DNA of 64,000 bases. Source: Octopus sinensis. Its lineage: Eukaryota. How positions within the stretch are numbered: the stretch's first letter is position 1; each line of letters starts with the position of its first letter. The stretch is taken from assembly GCF_006345805.1 (NCBI RefSeq), contig NC_042997.1, positions 176,576,001 to 176,640,000 on the forward strand, given 5' to 3'. This document shows positions 22,522 to 34,950 of the stretch, one piece after another. The notes beneath the pieces were generated by a model. It saw nothing but the letters and a program-made list of their open reading frames with translations. It was not told the origin of the DNA and made no database searches. The position numbers and the translations under genes were made by a program.

Positions 22522-24441
22522 GTGTATTAAAAGAGAAGTAAGAATATTCCTGCGGAGTGTGCTAGTGCCAGGGTAAACAATTCCTTTTACAATTCAGCAT
22601 TTTGATAGTCACAATGGTGGAGACCCTGTCAAACACATGAACTTACCTGCCTTTACACTTCACTGCTCACATCACTAAGCTCCTGTCTGTCTGCCTCTAT
22701 AAATCTGGCCTCTTCTTATACTTTTCATAACAAATCTGACTAAATGAATCCACAGTGAAGTCATCCCTTGACAATTTAAAAGATGTTTACATTCGATTTT
22801 ATAGGCCAAATTGTAGCTGGTATCATTACTCAATCTGCCCAAACTCTTGTTGTTTACAATGAATTTATCGGATTGAAAACAACAGATCTGGTATTTGAAC
22901 CAACATGTAGACCTGTTACATTACATTGCATCACAATACTGCTATTTGATAATAACAGATACACTCTACTAATTTCCTACTTTTCATTTTTGCATGGCTT
23001 ATGGTTATAAGAAGTGTGATATAATCAATCTGACAATACACAGTTCTTAAATGTTATTTGCAAATAGTTTAAAATCTGTCAAAGCAGGGAAAGAATATGA
23101 ACTGCTGAATGTACAGTTGTGATAAAGACTGAGCAATATAAATGACTGAAAGGATGGCATTTCTCTTAGATAGAGTAACTTACATATAAAGTTTCACTTT
23201 TCTCTATGAAATTAGTATTTGAAGTCAGTGTTTCAAGTCGAGGAAACACTTTTCACTTTAGATATAAAAAAAATACTGACATTGTTTTTGTATTTAGTAA
23301 AGTTTACAAATAAATAAAAAATTCAATAAAAGTATTTTATATCTATGTTATTTGCTAAGGAAACATATACATCCTGCAACCAGTTTTGGTATCTGTTGCA
23401 GACTCTTGACCATAAATGCTTTATTCTCTTCTTTGCCCATGTATTGTAATTTTGTGTTGTTTTGTGTTCAAAATAAAATTATATTGATTGAATTTAATTA
23501 AATTGTATCATACTTAATGGAAATTATGAAATATTACATTATTAGACAAATCAACTTCTGCAATAAACTACTTTAAAAGTGCACTGTATTTCTAGATATA
23601 TCAATTAAGTAGATACATTTCAAACAAAAAGTTTATACTGCCTCTAAAATATTTTGAACTTCAGACCTCACAAAAGCAAAAAGCAGGTTTTATGAAAATG
23701 GATATCCAAGCTGTAAGGCATCAAGCATGAATTACATAAGAAATTGCCTAATTTATCTAGAAAGATGCATTTGAAGACAGAAGGATTGCTAAAGTGCCAT
23801 AAACCAATGTTGAAGAGAGAATTAAGGACAATGAAGAATGTGTGGTGGCCCAGGATATCCTCTATCAGTGGTGGACTGGGTCTAAAAACATTGGTTGCCA
23901 GGAGACTAAGGAGGTCACCCACAACAACAATGCTATCATTTAATTTTTTTTTTTTTTTTTGTTAAAAGTACTCTTTTCAGCTGTCTACAAACACAGCCAG
24001 GTTGAAATAATTAATGCATTCTTCTAGGAGTGAATAAAAAATTCTCAAACTTGAGGGGATGGACTCCTTAAATACTAACATGGGCCCCCATATATGGATT
24101 GTAATGGCGCAGGGGCCTACTTACCGTCAGGCAAGCTGGCAACTTGGCCACTCCACCACTGTCCCCCATATTGAACTTACCTTCAATAAATAAGAATCCC
24201 AAACTATGTATAATTTGTTAAAATAAATAGTTGGTCCTCACCAATTAACTTTCACTCCCCCTTCAAAGAGAGAGATTCATTTTGATCAGTGATGCTGAAC
24301 ATATTCTGAAGCATTGAATAGAGTATTTCACACACCTTTTTATAACCTACCCACAATAGAAGAGAATGTAGATTGTTATAGAAGACATTCTACAACACAG
24401 TGTATTGCAGAAAGAGGAAATGGATAGAAATTCTAACATAG

Positions 24442-24854
24442 GCGTAGGAGTGGCTGTGTGGTATGTAGCTTGCTTACGAACCACATGGTTCCGGATTCAG
24501 TTCCACTGTGTGGCACCTTGGGCAAATGTCTTCTACTATAGCCTTGGGCCGACCAAAGACTTGTGAGTGGATTTGGTTGACGGAAACTGAAAGAAGCCCA
24601 TTGTATATATGCATATATATATATGTATGTGTGTGTATATGTCTGTATGCCTGTGTTTGTCCCCTCAACATCGCTTGACAACTGATGCTGGTGTGTGTTT
24701 ACGTTCCCCGTAACTTAGTGGTTTGGCAAAAGAGACCGATAAGTACTAGGCTTACAAAGAATAAGTCCTGGGGTTGATTTACTCAACTAAAGGCGGTGCT
24801 CCAGCATGGCCGCAGTCAAATGACTGAAACAAATAAAAGAATAAAGAGTAAAAG
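24442..24854 (+). mobile_element. Full-length SINE group A with 18-bp TSD
   Basis: ATAGAAATTCTAACATAG at 24424-24441 and 24876-24893. Confidence 0.92.
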
Positions 24855-24904
24855 ACTATACAAAATATCAAGCGAATAGAAATTCTAACATAGAGAATAC
24901 TAAA

Positions 24905-26520
24905 ATTACCATTAAACAGATCAACTCAAGAAAGACTCCAGAAATTGATGGTATACCAGCTGAAGTTAGTAAGAATAATTGGGTTTGAAATTGATGATCT
25001 TGTTACTTTATAAATTGTCAATGTGTAGAATGTATCACCAGTTCCACAAAATTGCAGAAATGCAATAATGATTTTATTGTTCAAGGGAAAGGTGTCAAGT
25101 CATAAACTATAGTAACTTTCATGGTATTTCCTGGCTTGTAACTGTTGGAAAAATTTTTGCCTGATTTTTATTGAAGTTTGCAGACATAAGTGGCATCATT
25201 TCCACCAGAGTCTCAGTGTGAATTCATATCTAGTAGAGACATTACACACATGAACTACAGAAGGGGACAGTTACAGAAGAATTGCATTGGAACTCTCTCT
25301 TTATTAAATTTTTGTTGAACAGAAATGGTGAGCAGAAATACTCTGTGGAGAATCCTGAAAAAGTTAGAGGTTTTTTTGTGTGTGTGTATGGTGAGGTACC
25401 TATGTCAGTTGGTGGATTTGTCCAACTTCATACTGGTATAAGACCCTACTTCATCTGTAAAAGTGTTCTGTCAGAATCAATCTTTGTGGACAATAGTACA
25501 AGTAAGGGGATATATGCATACCAACTTAATTTTCCACATACTTTGTAGTTGTTTTGTTGTTATTGCCAATGCTTTTCTGGACCAAATTAGGTATCTTTGT
25601 ATACTACCATAATTGAACAAGTAAGCTGTTAATCTGAATTATTTTAAACTTAAATCAGTGACCTTTGTAGCTTTAATTTCTGATTTATTGTTTGAAGTTG
25701 ACTGTGACCTAGTGAGTCACTCAGAGTAAGATAATCAGAAAGTAATGAGCATCTGCTTTAGGGATTACAATAAACCTTAAGAAAACTAAGGGAATACTTA
25801 CATCTGCTTCAGGTGAGCTGTATGGAAAACCAAATATACTTGTTCAAGGGACCAGATTTTTTTGTTCTTTGGAAGTTCTGTCTCAAGACATTTTTTGTGC
25901 ATCTCAGCAGCTCTGTCTCTAAAGATAGATTCCTAGATTATGAGATCAACTTGAAGATTAAAGTTTCCACCAAGTTTTGCATCCATGGTGCTTCCATTAT
26001 CACATTTCTGCTATATTCCTCTGCAACATGGAAACCATATTGATCCCATGTTAAAGTCCTTGAAAGTTTTCACCAGAAGTGTTTAAGGCATCTAAACATC
26101 AGTTGGAAATCTTTACAACAAACCTTAAAGTGCTGGAAAGGGTGAGCTGTCTTAGTATGGAAACTCACCTTACCAAGTATCATGTGAAATGTGGTTTATG
26201 TCATCTGTCATGATGAGTTTAGGTTTCTCAAGTAAAGACCTCATGGGAAAATAGTTCTCAGTAAGTGTCTCCAGAACAAAACCCTAAGTCTTTAAAAATT
26301 AACACTTTAATGAGTTTGAGAAAAATTTTAATTCTCATCAAATAGAGTAATGTAACACCTGAGAACTGAAGGCTGTTGAAGTTCTGAATGGTAGAGGGTA
26401 TAGGGTGAGCTCATCTTCTCTGTCTATGATTGTATTACATTTTCAAAACAGTTGCATATCCAGAGACCAACATAAAATGTTTATGTGCACACAGTTCTAT
26501 TAGATCTACCTGAGCACTGC
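24905..26520 (+). mobile_element. Highly degenerate RTE/BovB-like LINE ORF2 relic
   Basis: Relic peptides IKQINSRKTPEIDGIPAEV, PQNCRNA, PESQCEF, LLYSSATWKPY and ESFHQKCLR in the expected order; many stops. Confidence 0.7.
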
Positions 26521-28589
26521 TGTCACTTATGTTCAAAGGTGTGCTTATTTACTGCTGAGTCAAAAGTCTATTTAGGGTGAATGCACTAGTGTGGAGCTGC
26601 TGTTGACAAAGTTCTTGACCATATTCCAGGCTACATTTGTCATAGAAAATTTAAAACAAAGTGGGGACTATGTATTTATTTAGGGCTGATATCAGAAAAG
26701 CTAATATATCTGATACAAACTAATGATTGCAATTAAAAAGTGGTTAGACTTGAAGGTAAGTTGATAGCCATTATTGTAAGAGTAAAATTGATGTACAACA
26801 TTTCATATACTAGTAAATACAGTTATTCAAAACTCTAGATTGAACTATCAAGAATGAATGTTTTACATCTTATACCTACTTTCAGACATTGTAGAGAAAG
26901 ATCTCTACAAGATTGGTTTTAAATTTTGGCACAAGACCAGCAATTTGGGTGAGTGAGTAAGTTTATTACATTGACCCCAGTGCACAATTGATACTTATTT
27001 TACTGATTCCGAAAGTATGAAAGGCAAAGTAAACCTCAGTGCAATCTGAATTCAGAACATAAAGATGGACACATTCTCATTACACATGTTTTTAAGTGTC
27101 AGCTACTTAAAAAGTAATTTGCTCGCAGGATGATTTATTATATAGGCTACATATTAAATCCTGACTTCATTGTTAAACAGACAATTGTGCTAACATAGGA
27201 TTCACTCTCCTTATTACATATCACTTTCAACTGGATGTTAGTAACAAGAACTATAATGTACTTATTGTTACTCTGGTTGTAACTCTCCTTTCTCTATTCT
27301 TCTAAGTTCATCTACTGTCCATACTTTAATATTAATCAACACTAGTTTGGCTAATCTCTTGTGCCTCAACAAGTCAGTTATTTTAGTGTCTTTAGTCACT
27401 CCTGATCTATCTAAGACAACTAAGAAGATGAGGAAACCATCCACATAAATGTCTCCCCATATGCAAATGCAGTCTAGACCCAATAACCCACATGCTTTGT
27501 ATATAACTGCACAATATTTACACTAGCAGAGAACACTGTCCTCAACAAAAGGTGGAAACTACCCACATCACCACCTGAGTGACACCTGTCCATTGTTGCA
27601 ATGCATGCACAACATCAATTGAAAGAGTAAAGAATTCTTTTTACTTCCCACAACCTGCAAACTTTCTTATATCCCAAATTACAACTGATCAGTGTAGTCC
27701 CTTGCCAAGAAAGTCTCTACAAACATGGCAATTTTCAACCTACATACTAATTTTCAACCTAAATGTCCCTGTAAGCACTATACCTGCAGTTTTGTTTCCA
27801 ACTCCATACTGCGTAAACCCAGAAATACTTCTTCCAAATTCTTCTTAACTCCTGACTGTCCCATTATTGTATGTACCTGTTTGCTATATGCATAAGCTTC
27901 TGCAGTCACGATCCAATAAGGGAGCATCTATGCAGTTGTTTGACCAAGTAGAGATATCAGCCAAATCTCACTCAAACCACACCCAAGAAAAAGAACCCAT
28001 TAGATAATGTGGTCTTCAGTATACTGTACTAGAAAAAGAAAGAAAAAAAGATGAATGGTCTAGACAGGAATGACTTTCATCATAGGTCAGCAACAAATTC
28101 TGTGGTCACTTTATATCTTAAAATTAACTGCTGTAATACTCTCTGCATCAAAATCAATGTTGTACTCTTGAGCTGGCGACCATTTGTACCAAACTTTCTA
28201 TCTTTTTCTTTCAATGAAGTGTATCCCACCAATAAAAAGAATGATATCTCTGACTCTGCCAACTACTTGTTTTCTTTTACTGTCAATATCTCAAAAAATA
28301 TTTTTTTAAATGTTGTATGCAATAGAAGCAATATTTCATTAAAATAGTCATCTGTATATCATCACAGTTTTCTATTCTGCTAGGTAGCTGTTCACAACAC
28401 AAGTGACTCGTTATTTGCTGCTTTTCCCTTATTGATGGTAGCAAATTTCATTTAAGCATGTGGTTGGTTGTAAGTAGATGCTATTGACAACTCTTATTAA
28501 GGCAGAAATGTGCATCTAGCATTCTCACCAGTTGCTACTACTTGATTTTTATCTGTTTCTCATATAAATCTCTTCTAGCACTCCATCGG

Positions 28590-28852
28590 TTATGATGACA
28601 TTAACGTGCAAGTGGCTGAGCATTCCACAGACATATATATCCTTTGTGTAGTTCTCAGGGTGATTCAGTGTGACAAGGCTGGCCCTTTGAAATACAGGTA
28701 CTACTCATTTTTTTCATTTTTGCCAGCTGAATGGACTGGAGCAACATGAAATAAAGTGTCTTGCTCAAGGACACAATGTATCACGGAGAATTGAACACAC
28801 GTCCTTATGATCATGAGGTGAATACCTTAACCGCTAAGCCATGTGCCTTCAC
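28590..28852 (-). mobile_element. tRNA-derived SINE, group B (body 1, tail Y)
   Basis: Reverse complement GTGAAGGCACATGGCTTAGCGGTTAAGG head; body ttgtgtccttgagcaagacact...ccagtccattcagctggcaaaa shared with 8658. Confidence 0.75.
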
Positions 28853-29711
28853 TGCTTCTGATATTTTTTGTTCTGATATATCTTGTTTTTAAATGCAGTA
28901 CATCCATAAGGGATATCTCTGGATGAATACTGCTGTAAATTTGCCTTTTCTGATGTATTTTATATTAAGTATGATACACAGATGGCTATTAAAATTAAAA
29001 TATTTGCAAATAGCCATTTCTATTACCACTTTAAGATTTCTTTCCTTCTTTCAGTACAACTCTTGTTTTGATAAATCTAATACATACCTGCCTTTCTATA
29101 TCACGCACATGTGGTTTCTCACAATTTTGAACTTTGGTGGAAGAGATTTTGCATCTAATGTCTGCAAAATGTTTGACAGCATCAAGTATGAGAACTTCTT
29201 AGCCTGGCTAAATTTCCTATCCAAAACATTCTTGCTAGACTGTTTCAATGTAACATGTATCAACTAGTCAACATCCTATCAACTCTGATGCACCAAACAT
29301 TTTACTTATACCTTATGCATTCTTCATCCCCTACATTTTTTGACTTGCTGGTTAATTCTAACCAAATACTTCAATACAAATGATATCTTCTTCCACTATT
29401 CTGCAAACAGACATGCAACATACACACTCCATATAAATTTTCACTACTTTGGACATGTCTGGTAACAAAATTTAAGATAATCTTGTTTCTACCAACAATC
29501 CACAACATACAAATGATATGTATAAAGGAATCATTCAATCACTAGTCATGAACAGTGATCATCGTCACTATCAGCCAGTTAGGTAACTTGCTTGAACCAA
29601 TGCAACTCTTCTATGCCAGATGTCATGATTTTGCATTGCAGTCTTCATATCCTCAGTCTAATATCCAGTGTTTTCCACAAGTTGCTCTTATTTCTTTATT
29701 GCTCTTCTTGT

Positions 29712-29932
29712 TTCTTTATTGCCCACAAGGAGCTAAACATAGAGGAGACAAACAATGATAGACAAAGGGATTAAGTCGATTACATCGCCCCCAGTGCATA
29801 ACTAGTACTTTATTTATTGACCCTGAAAGGATGAAAGGCAAAGTTGACCTCAGTGGAATTTGAGCTCAAAACGTAACGGTAGACAAAATACCACTAAGCA
29901 TTTCGCGCTAACGCTTCTGCCAGCTCGCTGCC
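29712..29932 (-). mobile_element. SINE group C
   Basis: Reverse complement of the 20201 element. Confidence 0.85.
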
Positions 29933-31219
29933 TTAAGTGCTCTTCTAGGTCTGATGATATCTATATGTCCATGCATGGTTTTCCAGATGATATCACTGGA
30001 TATTTCATCCTTGCTTCTCCAGCAGTGTGATGAACTATTCACTACTAAAACCTTTACATTCCCTGAAAATGCTTTGGCTTACAACATCTGATGACCTTTC
30101 ATGGTAGGTTTACTTTCATAACAGAGCCAAAATTGCTTTCCAAAGATTAGACTCTTTCTCAGAGTCTGAAAGTACTCTAAATACTGTTCCCTTTAATTCT
30201 TATTGTGGGAGTTGCAGAAATTTGCAGAAATTTGATTGTGTGCAAGTTTTGTCTTTTTATGCAAAATATGTGCCCATTCACACAAGCAAACACCTACAAT
30301 TACATATAAAATCTAATTCCATCTCAAAAGCCTTGTGTGCTCACATTTTTTCCTTTGTGCACTAGTTGTAAAACGTATGTGTGCATACAAAAGAATGCAG
30401 TTCAGAAGGAACATTGTCTCTGAACTGCTTATTCTCTACAAGACTCAAGAGCACCCTACCATTGGAGTTGTGTTTACATATTTGGATGGATGCAATTGTT
30501 GTCCACACAAACATGTTATAATGCATCCAATCAAAAAACAAGGCTGACTAATTAATCTTCATTCACCAACATGTATTGTTACAACAATTTCTGTTCCTCC
30601 AAAATATCAAGTTGTCTACCAGTCTACCAAAGCACATTCAGTCAACCCATCACTCATAATTTCCACTGTATCTCAGTTTCCAAATTTGATATTAAACACT
30701 TATTCTAGAACTTTCTCAGAAATACGACCCTCTAGAATTCTCACCCCCAATCCATTACCTCCTGAGAGATATCAGTTTAGAATGAATTGCACCAACCTCA
30801 CTTATATTTGAGGACAAGTAAATTCTTTGAACACTGACTCTTCACAAAATCATATATATTTTGATCCTAGTTTTAAAATATTTTGAAAGCAATTCTGTAT
30901 GATGTCTTTAGTTTGTTTTTAAATTTTTACATCATAAAACTGTAGAGGCTGGCTAAGTACAGGACACTTTTCACACTTTTACTTTGAATGAACGTTAAAT
31001 TTACATAAACTAGGTATGATTCTTATGAGTGGAGCAAAATATCAAAAAGAAACTCTGTCTCAAACAAGTAATTTTCAATTTTCTAATTCAAAGTATATGA
31101 AACAGATACCAAACAAATCCTTGCACACATACTTTTGAATCAAAACACTAACAAGACTACTGTTATATTAAATTACAATGAAAATCATTACTACTTTTTA
31201 AAACTATTTCTCTCTCATT

Positions 31220-34200
31220 AAGATCGTTTTCACCGCATCTCTATTTAAAGCAATTGTTTAATTGGAAAATACTAATCCCGTACAAAACAGAGCTATTTAG
31301 TTGACGACAACAATCGGTAGATTCTTATCAAATTACACACTAACTACATTCCTATGTACATATTATTTTAGTTTATTGTAATTGTTTTCTCTTTTTATAA
31401 AGTATATACATATCAACTCGTAGAGATTGTACTAACCTACTATATCTAATGGAAAGTAGAAACTATATTATTATTCTAAAACATTCGGTGAGTGTTTTTT
31501 GTCCTTAAGGGAGGTAATATTTATTTGTTATTTTTACTAAGGAGTTATTTCTCTTGCAGCTATGGCAGTCTCCTTCCGACGAAATAAAATTGTTGAAAAA
31601 GTATTCGATGGAAAATAGAAGATCCACTTAGCGATAAACTGTTGATAAATAGTTTATTTTAATAATAAATTCTCAGAGGAAAATAATAATAACATATCTC
31701 ACGAATCATTTCCATTACGAATCGATATTATTAAAAGTTGGGAAGATTTCGTAGTTCGCTGTCAATTCCTGAATTTAGATACAACCAAGCAGTACAGCTC
31801 CTTGTTCAGGAAAGTCAATATGGCTTCTACCAGCACCGTTGAAGGTAAGCATTTCAACTTTAATTCTTTTTCTCTTTCGTAAATTCTTGTTTTCCTTAAA
31901 TATAGTACATAAAAACTAGTTTATTTTATTTCATTTATTATTCTCACATATGTTTCGAAAGCTGGCATATAACTCTCTTATTGTTGTCGTATTGTTTGTA
32001 GGCGCCATTTTCTCTATTATTTCAACTTGTATATTTTGTCTCTTATCATCATCATCATCACCCCCTTTACCGTATTGAAAATTACATTTTATTTACCAGT
32101 TTTTAGCTTTAATTCTTTTTATATAGTAAATACGTAATAAAACGGACGTGTTTTTTTCCGTTTTCACCCTCGCAATCTTTTAAACATGGCTTTTAGTCCA
32201 GTACAAGCTCTTCAGGAACATTTTCTCCGAAAGGAACGTTTAAAAAATTCCTAATTGACAAAAGGGTAATCGTGTCTGTTACCCATTTCTTTTTAAACTA
32301 CGTACTTAGCTCTTTATGATGTTTGTTTATTGAGTGACTAACACCAGTTCAATGTTTCACATGTTGCATTTAACAAAACACTATGCTCCGAGGTTTTACA
32401 AATTTTTTTTAACCTAATTGCTCATTATTGATTTTCGTATGACCAGTCTTCTAGTACATCTGTCATTTACAGAAGGCGACATTTCACCGTCGACAGTCCA
32501 TCCTTAATTATTTTTCCTCATCTAGAAGACTTTCCGAACGTTGTTCTTCCTCTGCAGTATTGTGGGTGACGATATTATAGGAAAAAATTGTAATTTCAGT
32601 CTATTTGGTCGTTGTTATTTTCCCCCATTTCTCTGTATCTTGTGTGTAAATCAATGACCAACGTTCATGTTTTTTTTTCCATCCCTTATTAATAGAAAAT
32701 TGAGATATTTTAATATTCTCCAACTTCAACATCGGCAGTCCTTTTTTTGCCCGGGAGAAGGGATACATGTCATATTTCCTTGTTTTATTTGTTTAGTATC
32801 CTGAAACCCATTGTTACATACCTTTGTTACTGTGTTTTTATTAAACTCTCTCCATCCATCTATCTATACTCTTAGTTGTTTCTAATAGTTGTCAGTGATA
32901 TAATGGTTTTAGTACCCTTTCGTTTTAGGACTACTTTACAAAGACATTTCTCTGAATTCTATTGTTTTTATCTATTTTCATACAACAACTCATTCTCTCT
33001 CTCACACACACACAAGCTTTTTGGGAAATATCTACTCCGTTCTAAATGGCCTCGGCTGCCTTGATGAAACAACGTTGCTGAAAAACATTAACATTTCTGT
33101 GTATGTCTACAAATCATCTCTTTCACAACAGTCGCTGTTTTCTAGAATGTTTCAGGCTTGGTGGGTCCACTTACTAGGGAACTTAATATTTTTTACTTCA
33201 CTCTCGAAAACGCATTAAACACACCAGCCTGGAAATTTATAAAACAGGGGGAAAACAGCAGAAACAAAAAAAAAAAAAAAGCAAACCACACACAAAACAA
33301 AATATTACTCACACACATGCACATATGTGTGTGTGTGTTTGACTTTTTATTCGTAACAGTGAATGATCAGAATAAAAATTTGTGCAAATTCGGAAATTGA
33401 TAATGGCTCACATGATTTAAATAGGTTGTCAGTACAAAATATTAATCTAACTTGGTCTTAGCTTCACAAATTTAAAAAAAAAAGTGTAACTGCGAAGAGA
33501 ACTGAAATGTAAAACATTTAAATATTTTCATATTCTCCTATAGCCTTGAAATAACTTTCAAGTATTTTAGAAACAATTCTTAAGAACGGCTAATTCAGTG
33601 TAGTGTTTGTGTGTTTATACACATACGCATCTACGTATACAAACACTTCCTACTTTGTAAAATAATTTTAGTATTTTATTAAAGTACGTAAGCATTTTTT
33701 TTAAATGCGATAATCATTTCTATATTCCCTACTTTGATTTTAGTTTTCGTTCTGTTTCTTAAATTTTGTATTGACATTTGCGTATTTTTCTAGTAATTTC
33801 GAAATAACAGCTTTCTCATAATTTCGATACACCGAATATTTTTACCACCTTGAAATTATTTTAAAAAAAAAGTATTTTTTTGAATTCTGTCTGTTTCCAG
33901 ATGGAGGAAGATTTCATTAAAGAAATTATGCCTTATGTTTATAAACATCGCTTAAGTGACCTTCATTTATTTCCCAGTTCATCATTGTCTAATGATTTGA
34001 TTAAATAAATGTTCTCTAGATCATTCGCTGTATTTCATTTATATTAAAAAGAGAAGGAAAAGAACGAATTGTGGATAAACGGCTAAACAAAATTGCTGTT
34101 TCGAATAGGAATGCTTTTCTCCAGTTCAAAATTTGGTTCGTTTAAAGTGATTATTCTGCTTTTTATTACATATTTTCGATTATTGAAATTTACTGATAAA

Positions 34201-34950
34201 AAGATAAAGCAGACAAAACACGTCAGAGAATTATAATCAACGCTGTAACATTTGGGTTTGGGGTTCAACTCTTATACGTAGTTATCGTTTAGTTATTCCT
34301 TCTCGTGATATTTTAAAAACTAATTTGTTTTTGTTTTAAATTTTTTTAATATATTTATCCTAATTAACGGGAGGTATCGTTAAGAGTTCTTTACTTGCTG
34401 AGAACAAGTCGGTTCTTACGTTACTTAACTTTAAAATACAGTATTACTTATGGCTTATATATTAATTTTCATTGTTCACTTATATCTTAATTCATTGGAG
34501 ATTTCTTCACCCTCACTGATCCTCAGTTTTGTTTACGCCTTTTATAAATAAGTAGCATTCTCTGTAGTTTCACCTTGGATAAAGTCTTATTTCAGAATTA
34601 GAAACCACTTTCAGTTGTTAAATTAGTGCTAATAAAAGGGTTACAAAATAACTTGCTTCGTAGTTGCAAAAAGTAACAGTACATTTGTCAACATGAGACT
34701 TACAACATCCGAAGTTGGTTTACATCAAATGGCTAGGCTCTCGTGACAGTGTTTCAAACTTCAGTCGTTGAACGATAGGTTGTAATCACCATATTTGCAA
34801 AATTAGCCGCTTATGATTTAGCCAAAAGTGTCTTGGATCTATGTACTGTGTTCTGGCTCTGTTGTTGAAGCAACAGAATAATTTGTACTTGAATTGTTTC
34901 TATCTGAATTACAAAACATGTCATTTCGCAATTTTACCTGATCTGCTTGT
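31220..34950 (+). promoter_or_regulatory. CpG-retaining promoter, first exon and proximal intron 1 of the UBE2V gene
   Basis: By manual count there are about 30 CpG in 31201-32400, versus about 2-3 in equal lengths at 30001-31200 and 42601-43800. The zone contains the start codon. Boundaries are approximate. Confidence 0.6.
31820..31844 (+). CDS. UBE2V2: Ubiquitin-conjugating enzyme E2 variant (UEV/MMS2 family), coding exon 1 (MASTSTVE + first base of V)
   Basis: ATG at 31820, then GAAG|gtaagc donor. The phase-1 junction joins to exon 2 to give ...[12 protein letters not shown], the canonical UEV N-terminus. The symbol is family-level; UBE2V1 versus UBE2V2 cannot be distinguished for an invertebrate. 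Confidence 0.85.

Noticed and set aside
22648-22760. Strong minus-strand donor (GGCAG|gtaagt)
   Set aside because: All three frames upstream contain stops within ~40 nt.
1-31800. Upstream TMEM189/PEDS1 (Kua) or MCM4 partner, as next to vertebrate UBE2V genes
   Set aside because: No recognisable exons of either were found by eye.
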